From assembly GCA_963762565.1 (NCBI GenBank), contig CAVXLD010000010.1, forward strand, positions 352,001 to 416,000: a stretch of 64,000 nucleotides of DNA, given 5' to 3'. How positions within the stretch are numbered: the first letter of the stretch is position 1; each line of letters begins with the position of its first letter. The translations under genes were made by a program, and so were the position numbers. Origin of the DNA: an uncultured Verrucomicrobiae bacterium (GTDB taxonomy: Bacteria > Verrucomicrobiota > Verrucomicrobiia > Chthoniobacterales > JAFAMB01). The notes beneath the pieces are model-generated. The model was not told the origin of the DNA and did no database searches. It worked only from the letters and a program-made list of their open reading frames with translations. This document shows, piece by piece, positions 37,751-47,321 of this stretch.

Positions 37751-39319
37751 ATGTTAGAAAAAGTGAAACAATTGCTGGGGATAAATCCGAAAAAAGTCGG
37801 AAACCAACTCATTATTAGTTCCGAGAAACTAGAACGTCGCGTCGCCTTGCTGGAGGACGGCACTCTGGAAGAATATAACATCGAGCGCGACACCGACCGC
37901 AACATCGTCGGCAGCATTTTCAAAGGGAAAGTTAAGAATATCGAGCATGGTCTGAAGGCCATGTTTGTGGATATTGGCTTTGAGAAGAATGCCTTCCTCC
38001 ATTTCTGGGACGCGCTCCCCGGCTTGGACAGCGGCGTGGAGGAAGTTAACCGCGCGAGTGACCGCAAACATCGGAAGAAAATCACGGCTAAGGACGTGCC
38101 CGATATTTATCCGGTTGGGTCAGACGTCATGGTCCAAGTAACGAAGGGCCCCATCAGCAACAAGGGGCCCAGAATTACGACCAATATCAGCTTGGCTGGC
38201 CGTTACTTAGTGTTGATGCCGCACAATGATCAAAGCGGAATCTCTCGAAAAATCGAGGACCCTAAAGAGCGAGAACGCCTGAGGCAGATCTTGCAGAAGC
38301 TGGATATCCCAGAGGGGATGGGGGTAATCATCCGGACCATCGGGGAGGGACAGCGCGCACGGTATTTTGTGCGTGACTTGAGCCTTCTGCTTGAGCAATG
38401 GCGGCAAATCGAAGCCACCTTCAAGTCAAAGCCCGCTCCCGCCGTCCTCTTCCAGGAGCCAGACTTGATCGATCGCACCGTTCGGGATTTCCTGACCGAC
38501 GAGATTGACGCGGTTTATTGCGACGACGAAGCCGCCGTGCTACGGATGCAAGACCTGGTAGGACAGATTTCCAGGCGTTCAAAGCGGCGCGTCGTTTACT
38601 ATAACGAGTCTGTCCCCCTCTTTGAGCGGTTCGGTGTGCAAAAACAGATCGACGACGCTTTCCATCGGCAAGTTTGGCTCAAATGCGGTGGCTACATCGT
38701 CATCGATGAAACCGAAGCAATGATCGCGATCGACGTTAATACCGGCCGCAACAAAGGCACCAAGGACGTCGAACGCACCATTCTGCAAACAAACCTTGAG
38801 GCGGCAGACGAAATCTCCCGGCAGCTGAGACTGCGGAATATCGGCGGGTTAATTATCGGTGACTTCATCGATATGAAGAACCGGAAGGACCAGCAAATGG
38901 TCTACAACCGGATGAAAGAGAGATTGAAACGGGATAAAGCCAAGACACACGTGCTACCCATCTCCCCCCTTGGCCTAATGGAGATGACGAGGCAGCGAGC
39001 GCAAGAAAGTCTTACCGGCTCGATGTTTATGGTATGTCCTTATTGCAATGGCCGGGCCGTAGTTAAAAGCCCGATGACGATGAGCGTCGAAATCCAGCGC
39101 ACATTGCACGCGGTTCTTCGGAAGAAACCCGAGGTCCACGATATCCGCGTTATCGTTAATCCCGAGGTGCTAAATCGCCTCAAAACAGAGGATGAAGAAC
39201 TTTTGGTCGAGATCGAGCGGAAATATTCCGGTCGTTTAACGTTCCGGACTGATCCGACGTTCCACCACGAGAAGTTCGTTCTTCTCGACGCCCAAACCAA
39301 TCAAGAGCTAAAGCCGTGA
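37751..39319 (+). CDS. rng: Ribonuclease G/E family (short, RNase G-sized)
   Basis: S1 domain, KGPRITT, IDVNTG, TNLEAA.EI.RQLRLR, DFIDM, CPYC. Confidence 0.92.
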   Translation: MLEKVKQLLGINPKKVGNQLIISSEKLERRVALLEDGTLEEYNIERDTDRNIVGSIFKGKVKNIEHGLKAMFVDIGFEKNAFLHFWDALPGLDSGVEEVNRASDRKHRKKITAKDVPDIYPVGSDVMVQVTKGPISNKGPRITTNISLAGRYLVLMPHNDQSGISRKIEDPKERERLRQILQKLDIPEGMGVIIRTIGEGQRARYFVRDLSLLLEQWRQIEATFKSKPAPAVLFQEPDLIDRTVRDFLTDEIDAVYCDDEAAVLRMQDLVGQISRRSKRRVVYYNESVPLFERFGVQKQIDDAFHRQVWLKCGGYIVIDETEAMIAIDVNTGRNKGTKDVERTILQTNLEAADEISRQLRLRNIGGLIIGDFIDMKNRKDQQMVYNRMKERLKRDKAKTHVLPISPLGLMEMTRQRAQESLTGSMFMVCPYCNGRAVVKSPMTMSVEIQRTLHAVLRKKPEVHDIRVIVNPEVLNRLKTEDEELLVEIERKYSGRLTFRTDPTFHHEKFVLLDAQTNQELKP

Positions 39320-39340
39320 GCCAGGGAGCGGGAAATCCGG

Positions 39341-39647
39341 CCCAGGATTGGTAGGGCGAGGCTCCCGAAACTTACCAAAACGTCCGCGCAGGGGTGGATG
39401 GCGTCGCCCCGCATTGTCACGGATTGGGCCAATACCCAGCCTAGCCGCGGCCCTGATTCGCCACCACTCAGGAATGGAGATTTAAGCCCCAGCGCGTTTT
39501 CAGCCCATCGCGCTGCGCGCTGCGGTTCCACTCGCTCTTCGATAAGTTTCGCAGCCAATCTTCAAAAGTCTAACTCCGCGAGGAGTTTAGGGCATTTGAG
39601 AGCTTCGCTGAATCGACTGGACCCGCCGAAATCCGACCAATCTTGGG
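39341..39647. repeat. Family B element copy 3 with decayed right arm
   Basis: GGTAGGGCGAGGCTCC 39350-39365, GCCTAGCCG 39439-39447; CCCAGGATTGGT / ACCAATCTTGGG flanks. Confidence 0.65.
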
Positions 39648-39762
39648 GCGCATTAGACGCGTTGAACTAATCAACACCTGTTGACATATCACCAGGTTCC
39701 TGAGCGAAGATTCTCCCCAACAAAAGCCAATATACTAGCCAAAATTGTCAGATTTTATTGCG

Positions 39763-39792
39763 TTGTGTCCGACTTTCTCAAGTTGATAGAAT
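39763..39792 (+). promoter_or_regulatory. Candidate promoter of the giant TPR gene
   Basis: TTGTGT-N18-TAGAAT with extended -10 TGn. Confidence 0.35.
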
Positions 39793-39849
39793 CCCCCGCA
39801 TTATTGGGACGGTAAGGTAAAACACCCAGAACCAATATCACCTTGCGCC

Positions 39850-42800
39850 ATGGCCTTTATGCAAACTACCTGGATCAAACTCGCGATAGCAATCATCGCG
39901 GCCACGCTCATTTACGGTCACACAGGGACGATCACGGCTGCAACTTCTACTAACACGCCAGGCTCCAAACCCTCGCCGGCTTCGAACACACTGGCCGAAT
40001 TGACCTCTAGCCCTTCGCCGGCTGGATTGGCACCCAGCGCTTCTCCAACTCCTGCCAGCCCGGAGCAATTAGCCCAAACCCTTCTCGATCGCGCTCAGTC
40101 GGAACTCCAGCACGGCGATTACTCGTCTGCTATGGCTGATTTCACCGGCGTCATCCGGCTGAAACCGAATTCGCCGGAGGCATTTTTGGGCCTGGGCAAA
40201 GCTCACGACAGTCTCAAACAATACACCGAGGCGGTCGCAGACTACACAGAGGCGATCCGGCTCAAACCCGGCTACGCAGAGGCCTATAGAGACCGAGACA
40301 AGGCTTACGATGAAATGAAGCAATACGACAAGGCGCTCGCTTCATTGACCGAAGTCATTCGCCTCAAACCGGACAACAGCGACGCCTACCGCAGCCGCGG
40401 CTACCTGTACTACTCTCTGGAGCAATACGACAAAGCGATCGCTGACTTTACAGCAGCCATCCGACTAAAGGCTGATGACATGCAAGCCTACGGTGAACGG
40501 GGTGATTCTTACATCAACCTCAAGCAATATGACAAAGCGATCGCCGATTTTACCGAAGCAATCGGGATCAGAAAACAACTGGCCACCGCGAGCGGCCCCG
40601 ACAAAGGCAAGATTGCACCGGAAGACGCCGACGCTTTCGGGGGTCGAGGTTATGCCTATTACCGCCTGAAGCAAGATGACAAGGCGATAGCCGATTTTAC
40701 CGAAGCCATCAGGATCAAACCGGATTACGTCGAAGCTTATGTTCGCAGGGGTAACGCCTACCTCAATTTAAAGCAATACGACAAGGCGATCGCTGATCAA
40801 ACCAAGTCGATCCAGATTAGACCTGATTTTGACGAGGCCTACATCGGGCGAGGGAATGCCTACACTCAACAGAAGCAGTACGACAAGGCAATCGCCGACT
40901 ATACTGAGGCGATCCGGCGCAAGCCGGATTCCGCCGAAGCTTATGTTGACCGCGGCTTCGCTAGTAACGGGCTCAAAAACTACGACAAAGCGACGGCCGA
41001 TTTTAACGCGGCGATCCGGCTCCAGGCCGACTCCGCCCGGGCCTATGTCGGGCGAGGCATCGCAGCTGACAATCTGCAGAACTCCGATAAAGCGATCAGC
41101 GACTTTAACGAAGCCATCCGGCTTCAGCCGAGTGATCCGGACGCCTTCCTCTACCGAGGTATCGCCTACAACGATCAGAAACAATACGACAAAGCCGTCG
41201 CCGATTACTCGGAAGCGATCAGGCTTAAACCGGATTACGCTGAAGCGTACGCCAATCGCGGCGTTGCCCGCGACCGGCTGAATCAGGAAGATACCGCCAT
41301 CGCCGATTTCAATGAAGCTATCCGGCTGAAACCCGACTACGCTGACGCTTACTCTAACCGGGGGAACGCTTACACAAGTTTAAAGCAATACGACAACGCT
41401 ATCGCCGATTTTGGGCAGGCGCTCGTGCTTCAGCCCGGTAATGCCAGCGCTTACGCCGGCCGGGGCAATGCCTACGCCAAGACGGAGCACTTTGACAACG
41501 CGATTACCGACTATACCGAGGCCCTTCGGCTCCGCCCAGACGACGCTGAGACTTTTGCGAGCCGGGCAGACGCTGACTCGAATCTGAAACAATACGACAA
41601 AGCCATCGCTGACTACTCGGAGGCCCTGCAACGTAAACCGGACTACGTCGATGCCTATGCAGGAAGAGGACAAGCTTACAATGCACTGAGCCAATACCCT
41701 AGGGCCGTCGCTGATTATAGCGCAGCTATCCGAGGCCGGCCTGATTTAGTCGACGCGTACGTGAATCGAGGTAATGCGTACGTCGCTCTAAAGCAGTACG
41801 ACAAAGCCACTACTGACTTCACAGAAGCCCTTCGACGCAAACCAGACCTTAACGACGCGCTGGTGGATAGAGGCAACACTTACGTCGCTCTAAAGCAGTA
41901 CGACAAAGCAACGGCCGATTTCGACCAAGCGACTAAGACCAACCCGAACTCTGCCGGCGCACACGCGGGCCGGGGAGATACTTTCGCTGCTTTGCGGCAA
42001 TACGACAAAGCCATTGTCGACTATACCGAGGCCATCCGGCTAAAACCCGACTCAGCCGGAGTATACGTGAGCCGCGGTGACGCTTACGCCGATTTGAAGC
42101 AATACGATAAAGCCATCGCCGACTATTCAGAAGCGAAACGTCTCGAGCCTGACTATGCTCCGGCGGATGCCGGCCGGGGCAACGCCTATGCCAATCTAGG
42201 GCAATATGACAAAGCCATCGCCGACTATGCGGAAACTATCCGGCTCCGGCCCGATTTCGCGGGCGCTTACGCCGGCCGCGGCAACGCTTACTCTAAGTTA
42301 GAGCAATACGAGAAGGCCATCGCCGACTACACCGACACCATCCGCTTGGAGCCTGATTTCGCTCAAGCGTATATGAACCGGGGAATTGCCTACGCCGATT
42401 TGAAGCAGTACGACAAAGCGATTGCCGACTATACCGATACGATCCGGTTGCAGCCTGACGCCGCGCAAGCTTACCTCAACCGAGGTATTGCCTATGCCGA
42501 TTTGAATCGAATCGATAACGCAATCACCGACTATACCGCAGCATTGCGCCTGAAGCCGGATTACGCAGAGGCATTTGTTAATCGGGGTAACTCCTATGCA
42601 AACTCGGGCAAATCTGACAACGCAATCACCGACTACACGGAGGCGTTGCGGCTTAAGCCCGATTACGCAGAGGGGTATGTCAACCGCGGGGTTTCTTACA
42701 TGCACCTGGGCCAATACGACAAAGCGATCGCCGACTATACCCAAGCAATTAAGCTGAACCCCAATCTTGCGGAAGCGTATGTCGACCAGGGCGACGCTTA

Positions 42801-44595
42801 TTCCGATCTGAAGCAATACGATAAAGCGGTTGACGATCACACCAAAGCAATCCGGCTCCAGCCCGATTACGCCGGCGCGTATGTCGGACGAGGCGATGCC
42901 TACGCTAGTTTAGGTCAATCCGAAAAAGCCATTGCCGACTATAGCGAAGCCACTCGACTCGAGCCCAATGATGCTAACGCCAAACTCAGTCGAGGAAACG
43001 CTTTCGCTAATCTGGAACAGTACGACAAAGCGATCGTTGACTTCAACGATGCCATCCGGCTCAAGCCCAATTACGCAGAGGCCTACGTGAACCGAGCAAT
43101 CGCTTACGATAGCTTAGAACAGTATGACAAAGCCGTGGCCGACTGTTCACAGGCGATTCAACTCAAGCCTGATCTGGCTGAAGCCTACTATTACCGAGCC
43201 AACGCTTTTGCCGATCAACGCCAATTTGACAAGGCTATCTCTGATTACTCTGAGGCATTGCATATCAAGCCTGATTTTGTCGCTGCCGATGTCGGCCGCG
43301 GAGACGCCTATGCCGACCTGAGAGAGTTTAATAAGGCGATCAGCGACTACACGGAGGCGCTTCGGCTTAAGCCTGATTCTGCAGAGATCTACGTCGGCCG
43401 GGGCATCGCTCATCTTAACTTAGGGGAATACGATAGCGCCGTCGCCGATTATACCGAAGCGATCAAACGCAAGCCGGAGCTTGCTGAAGCCTATCTTAGC
43501 CGAGGCATCGCTTACAACGACCTTAAGCAATACGACAAAGCAGTCGCTGACCAAACGGAAGCGATCCGGCTCCGGCCTGATTACGTGGCCGCTTATGTCA
43601 ACCGCAGCACCGCCTACGTCAATTTGAAGCAGAATGACAAAGCGATCGCCGATTGCACGGAGGCAATTCGGCGAAAAGCGGACGGCGTTGAAGCATACGT
43701 TAACCGCGGCATCGCTTATCTAGAGGAGAAGCAAGACGATAAAGCGATCGCCGATTTTTCCGATGCTATCCGCATTAAACCAGAGTACGCCGATGCCTAT
43801 TTCAACCGAGGTAATGCCGAAGCTGATCTCGGGCAGTCGAATCAGGCGATGGCAGACTACAATGAGGCTCTCCGGCTGAAGCCCGACTACGCCGAGGCTT
43901 ATCTTAAGCGCGGCATCTTGTACAGCGGTCTAAAGCAATACGATAAAGCCGTACTCGATTTCAGCTCTGCGATTGGAGTCAACACCAATTACGCCGACGC
44001 CTTCTTTAATCGGGGCCTAGCATACGACGGTCTAAAACGGTACGCCAAAGCGGTGGCCGACTATTCGGATGCGATCCGCATTCAAGCGGACTATGTGCAG
44101 GCTTACGTCAATCGAGGCACAGACTACGACAAGCTCAAAGAATGCGATCGATCGATTGCTTATTTTACCGAGGCGATAAAGTCACAACCTAATGACGCCA
44201 ATGCCTACAGCAGCCGCGGACAGGCCTATTACAGTTCAGAAGAATTCGAGAAAGCAGTCGCTGATTACACGGAGGCCATTCGACTGCAGCCTAATTCGAC
44301 TGAGATTGTCCAACTCCGCAACGAGGCTAATCAGGCATTGGGCCTAGGTCCGAAAACCGAAGCGGTAACGGCCCAAACCGGCAAGCCGACGCCGCCCAAA
44401 AAACAGGTGGTCACAAAGGGCGGGAAAAAAGGTGCGAATCCAGTGACGGCCACCTCGCCAGCCGCAACTCCATCTGCATCGGTGTCATTGGTGCAGCGAT
44501 GGTTTGTTGATCACCTACGTCGCCAGGCTCACGCCGACCTCTTCCCGTCACCGAGCCCTTCTTCGTCACCCAAGCCGAAACAAGCCAATAATTAA
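39850..44595 (+). CDS. Giant secreted TPR-repeat protein (41 TPRs)
   Basis: Signal-like N-terminus, S/P/T linker, 34-aa units AEAYxNRG..Y..LKQYDKAIADYTEAIRLKPDY. Confidence 0.92.
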   Translation: MAFMQTTWIKLAIAIIAATLIYGHTGTITAATSTNTPGSKPSPASNTLAELTSSPSPAGLAPSASPTPASPEQLAQTLLDRAQSELQHGDYSSAMADFTGVIRLKPNSPEAFLGLGKAHDSLKQYTEAVADYTEAIRLKPGYAEAYRDRDKAYDEMKQYDKALASLTEVIRLKPDNSDAYRSRGYLYYSLEQYDKAIADFTAAIRLKADDMQAYGERGDSYINLKQYDKAIADFTEAIGIRKQLATASGPDKGKIAPEDADAFGGRGYAYYRLKQDDKAIADFTEAIRIKPDYVEAYVRRGNAYLNLKQYDKAIADQTKSIQIRPDFDEAYIGRGNAYTQQKQYDKAIADYTEAIRRKPDSAEAYVDRGFASNGLKNYDKATADFNAAIRLQADSARAYVGRGIAADNLQNSDKAISDFNEAIRLQPSDPDAFLYRGIAYNDQKQYDKAVADYSEAIRLKPDYAEAYANRGVARDRLNQEDTAIADFNEAIRLKPDYADAYSNRGNAYTSLKQYDNAIADFGQALVLQPGNASAYAGRGNAYAKTEHFDNAITDYTEALRLRPDDAETFASRADADSNLKQYDKAIADYSEALQRKPDYVDAYAGRGQAYNALSQYPRAVADYSAAIRGRPDLVDAYVNRGNAYVALKQYDKATTDFTEALRRKPDLNDALVDRGNTYVALKQYDKATADFDQATKTNPNSAGAHAGRGDTFAALRQYDKAIVDYTEAIRLKPDSAGVYVSRGDAYADLKQYDKAIADYSEAKRLEPDYAPADAGRGNAYANLGQYDKAIADYAETIRLRPDFAGAYAGRGNAYSKLEQYEKAIADYTDTIRLEPDFAQAYMNRGIAYADLKQYDKAIADYTDTIRLQPDAAQAYLNRGIAYADLNRIDNAITDYTAALRLKPDYAEAFVNRGNSYANSGKSDNAITDYTEALRLKPDYAEGYVNRGVSYMHLGQYDKAIADYTQAIKLNPNLAEAYVDQGDAYSDLKQYDKAVDDHTKAIRLQPDYAGAYVGRGDAYASLGQSEKAIADYSEATRLEPNDANAKLSRGNAFANLEQYDKAIVDFNDAIRLKPNYAEAYVNRAIAYDSLEQYDKAVADCSQAIQLKPDLAEAYYYRANAFADQRQFDKAISDYSEALHIKPDFVAADVGRGDAYADLREFNKAISDYTEALRLKPDSAEIYVGRGIAHLNLGEYDSAVADYTEAIKRKPELAEAYLSRGIAYNDLKQYDKAVADQTEAIRLRPDYVAAYVNRSTAYVNLKQNDKAIADCTEAIRRKADGVEAYVNRGIAYLEEKQDDKAIADFSDAIRIKPEYADAYFNRGNAEADLGQSNQAMADYNEALRLKPDYAEAYLKRGILYSGLKQYDKAVLDFSSAIGVNTNYADAFFNRGLAYDGLKRYAKAVADYSDAIRIQADYVQAYVNRGTDYDKLKECDRSIAYFTEAIKSQPNDANAYSSRGQAYYSSEEFEKAVADYTEAIRLQPNSTEIVQLRNEANQALGLGPKTEAVTAQTGKPTPPKKQVVTKGGKKGANPVTATSPAATPSASVSLVQRWFVDHLRRQAHADLFPSPSPSSSPKPKQANN

Positions 44596-44620
44596 CGCTC
44601 AGGCCTGGGACGCCAGCGCG

Positions 44621-44911
44621 GGTAAGTAAGCAGTAAGCAGTAAGCAGTGAGCAGTGAGCAGTTGAGGAGCCAGGAGGTGCTGCGTCCAACCCGCGCCGAG
44701 GGGAAGACGCGCTTTCGTAGGTAATCAGCTTTAAGTGCGCCGGTGCTGAATTGGCTCAATTTTGAGAATCAGATCTTCCCGTCACTGATAACTGGTTATT
44801 GACTCCCGCAAAGCCGGCCGTTCTGGCACAGTCTCGAATAACCCCGACGTCCTGGCTCCTCAACTGCTTACTGCTTACTGCTTACCGCTTACCGCTTACC
44901 GCTTACTGCTT
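44621..44911. repeat. Inverted pair of (GTAAGCA) heptamer arrays between the convergent TPR genes
   Basis: 44621-44675 / 44850-44911, with perfect 18-bp inner cap GCAGTTGAGGAGCCAGGA. Confidence 0.9.
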
Positions 44912-44918
44912 CCCCTCC

Positions 44919-46946
44919 CTAATGCGACGCCCGATCGCCTTTCTTCAGCCGAATAACTTCAGTGTAGTCGGTGGCGGCTTTGTCGTGCTGTCCAAGCGCA
45001 TCGTAAGCTAGTGCCCGATTGTAGTAAGCCTCGGCGAAATCGGTTTTCTGCCGGATCGCTTCACTCAAATCCGCGATCGCTTTGCCGTACTGTTTAAGCG
45101 CATTGTAGACTTGTCCGCGGCCATTGTAAGCATCGGCGAAAGCGGATTTCAAACGGATGACCTCGGTGTAGTCTGCGATGCTTTTGTCATAACGTTTGAG
45201 GGCGGCATTCGCAGCTGCCCGGTTATAAAAGGCCTCAACGTAATCCGGCTTTAACCGAATCGCTTCGCTGAAGCTCGCGGCAGCCTTATCATATTGCAGC
45301 AGAGCAATGTAACCTAATCCCCGGTCGTAGTAGGCTTCGGCGGATGCTGGCATTAACCGAGCCGCTTCGCTGTAGTCTGCGAGCGCCTCATCGTGACGCT
45401 CTAGGGCATCATAAGCTACCGCCCGGTCGAAGTAGCCTAGAGCGAAGCTAGGCGCCAGCCGAATAGCCTGCGTATAATCAACCACCGCGTTGTCATATTG
45501 GCCAAGTGCAGCATAGGTATTTCCCCGGCCATCATAGGCTTCAGCGAAATCCGGCTTGTTTTGCAGGGCGCTATTGTAATCCAGCAGGGCTTCCGCGGGC
45601 TGATTGATTGCGTCATGAATGTAGCCTCGATTGGCGTAAGCTTCTGCGAAGTCGGGCCTTAGCCGGATCGCTTCGCTGTAGTCTGTGACCGCAAAGTTGT
45701 ACTGTTTAAGCGCTCGATACGCATTGCCTCGGTTGTTGTAGGCTTCAGCGCTTGGGTGCAAGAAAATCGTCTGATTGTAGTCCGCGATGGCTTCATTGAA
45801 ATGTCGCACCGCGTAGCTGGCATTCCCGCGCTCGAAGTAAGCATTCCAAAAATTTACATTAATAAGAATGACGCTGTTACAGTCCGCCATATCTTCGTCG
45901 TACTTTTTCAGAGCGCCATAGTTCCAGGCACGGTTAAAATAAGCCTCAACTAAATCCGCTTTGAAGTGGACCGCCTCACTGTAGTCCGCGATCGCCTGTT
46001 CATGCTGGTTTAAAGCGGTATACACATTGCCGCGGTCGTTATAAGCTTCGGCGAAATCCGGTTTCAGTCGGATAGCCTCGCTAAAATCCTCTAGCGCCTG
46101 AGTGTATTGTCGGAGGGCTAAATAGACGATACCCCGGTCGTTATAAACCAAGGCGTCGTTTGGTTTGAGACGAATGGCTTGCGTGTACTCGGTAATGGCA
46201 TCTTGGTAGCGTTGCTCGCTGGCCGCATCCCACCCTCGACCAAAGGCCTCATCAAAGGTCGTCGCTTGCGACGATGTATCAGCCGACGTGGCGCTGGCGC
46301 TCGGTTGAGGGCTGGCGCTCGGTTGGCGGCTGGCACTCGGTTGGGGGCTGGCACTCGGTTGGGGGCTGGCACTCGGTTGGGGGCTGGCACTCGGTTGGGG
46401 GCTGGCGCTCGCTTGAGGACTGGCGCTCGCTTGGGGGCTGGCACTCGGTTGGGGGCTGGCGCTCCCCTGAGGGCTGGCGCTCCGCTGAGGGCTGGCGCTC
46501 GCTTGAGGGCTGGCGCTCGCTTGGGGGCTGGCACTCGGTTGGGGGCTGGCGCTCCCCTGAGGGCTGGCGCTCCGCTGAGGGCTGGCGCTCGCTTGAGGAC
46601 TGGCGCTCGCTTGGGGGCTGGCACTCGGTTGGGGGCTGGCGCTCGCTTGAGGGCTGGCACTCGGTTGGGGGCTGGGCCTTGAACCCAACAGATCGTTAAT
46701 CGCTTTAATATCTGAAGCGCTCGGACTGACCGGGGTAGGCTCCGGACTCGCCGAAGAACCGGTGTTATCGGCGGCTGGACCCGGCTTCCAATCGAGGCTT
46801 TGAGCCATCAGTCCGGTCGGGAGCGAAGAAAGAATCAGCAGCAACGCGAACCGGGCAAGAGGTCGCGCCCAGAGTGACAGCGCCTCAGCGGTGGGCATGG
46901 TTGCAAGTACTGAAGGCACCTCCTGGCGAGGCAGTTTGCTCTGCAT
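44919..46946 (-). CDS. Secreted TPR protein (13 TPRs) with QxSASP repeat stalk (start may be ATG 46898)
   Basis: Hydrophobic signal ending GLMA, 21 hexapeptide repeats, then TPR units. Confidence 0.9.
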   Translation of the reverse strand: MQSKLPRQEVPSVLATMPTAEALSLWARPLARFALLLILSSLPTGLMAQSLDWKPGPAADNTGSSASPEPTPVSPSASDIKAINDLLGSRPSPQPSASPQASASPQPSASPQASASPQASASPQRSASPQGSASPQPSASPQASASPQASASPQRSASPQGSASPQPSASPQASASPQASASPQPSASPQPSASPQPSASPQPSASRQPSASPQPSASATSADTSSQATTFDEAFGRGWDAASEQRYQDAITEYTQAIRLKPNDALVYNDRGIVYLALRQYTQALEDFSEAIRLKPDFAEAYNDRGNVYTALNQHEQAIADYSEAVHFKADLVEAYFNRAWNYGALKKYDEDMADCNSVILINVNFWNAYFERGNASYAVRHFNEAIADYNQTIFLHPSAEAYNNRGNAYRALKQYNFAVTDYSEAIRLRPDFAEAYANRGYIHDAINQPAEALLDYNSALQNKPDFAEAYDGRGNTYAALGQYDNAVVDYTQAIRLAPSFALGYFDRAVAYDALERHDEALADYSEAARLMPASAEAYYDRGLGYIALLQYDKAAASFSEAIRLKPDYVEAFYNRAAANAALKRYDKSIADYTEVIRLKSAFADAYNGRGQVYNALKQYGKAIADLSEAIRQKTDFAEAYYNRALAYDALGQHDKAATDYTEVIRLKKGDRASH
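46290..46667 (-). repeat. 18-bp coding tandem repeat, 21 units
   Basis: Encodes Q[PARG]SASP. Confidence 0.95.
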
Positions 46947-47068
46947 TTAAACCTATCGCTTCTGTACGCTTTGTATCAGAAAAGCCGTGTGGTGCAATCG
47001 CTAAGCTGGGCTTGGTGCGTCGGCGCTTCGGGCGCTTCGTTCTCGGATTAAGTGGAGGCCCACCGCCC

Positions 47069-47198
47069 GGGAGGGCGCGCGTCCCCGCGCGCCGCGAGGA
47101 CGTGCCACAACCCAAACGTGTATTTCGTACGCGACCACAACACGTCCTCGGCTTCGGTCACAATCCCGCGGCCGCGGGACGAGGACGCGATCCCTCCC
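47069..47198. repeat. Family A element copy 4 (no insert)
   Basis: GGGAGGGCGCGCGTCCCCGCG ... GAGGACGCGATCCCTCCC. Confidence 0.85.
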
Positions 47199-47286
47199 GG
47201 GCGATGGGTCCGCCGCAATGACTCGAACTCTTTCACCAACATATTACCGCCAAATAAGATACGTTGTATAAATAAGTTATTATCTA

Positions 47287-47315
47287 TTGATAACTCAATA
47301 TTATACTGTTATCAA
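47287..47315 (+). promoter_or_regulatory. Palindromic site upstream of comEC enclosing a -10-like TATACT
   Basis: TTGATAAC-N13-GTTATCAA in an AT-rich stretch, 6 bp before ATG 47322. Confidence 0.45.
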
Positions 47316-47321
47316 GGTCGC

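Noticed and set aside
39681..39686. Perfect TTGACA upstream of the giant TPR gene
   Set aside because: No acceptable -10 hexamer at 16-18 bp.
46118..46699. Repetitive ORFs in alternative frames (RAPAP, GARLG, GWRS types)
   Set aside because: Shadow frames of the 18-bp VNTR inside the TPR gene.
46968..46985. Third candidate CTTTGT-N3-ACAAAG operator upstream of the small TPR gene
   Set aside because: Right half is mismatched and its distance to the start differs from the two strong sites.
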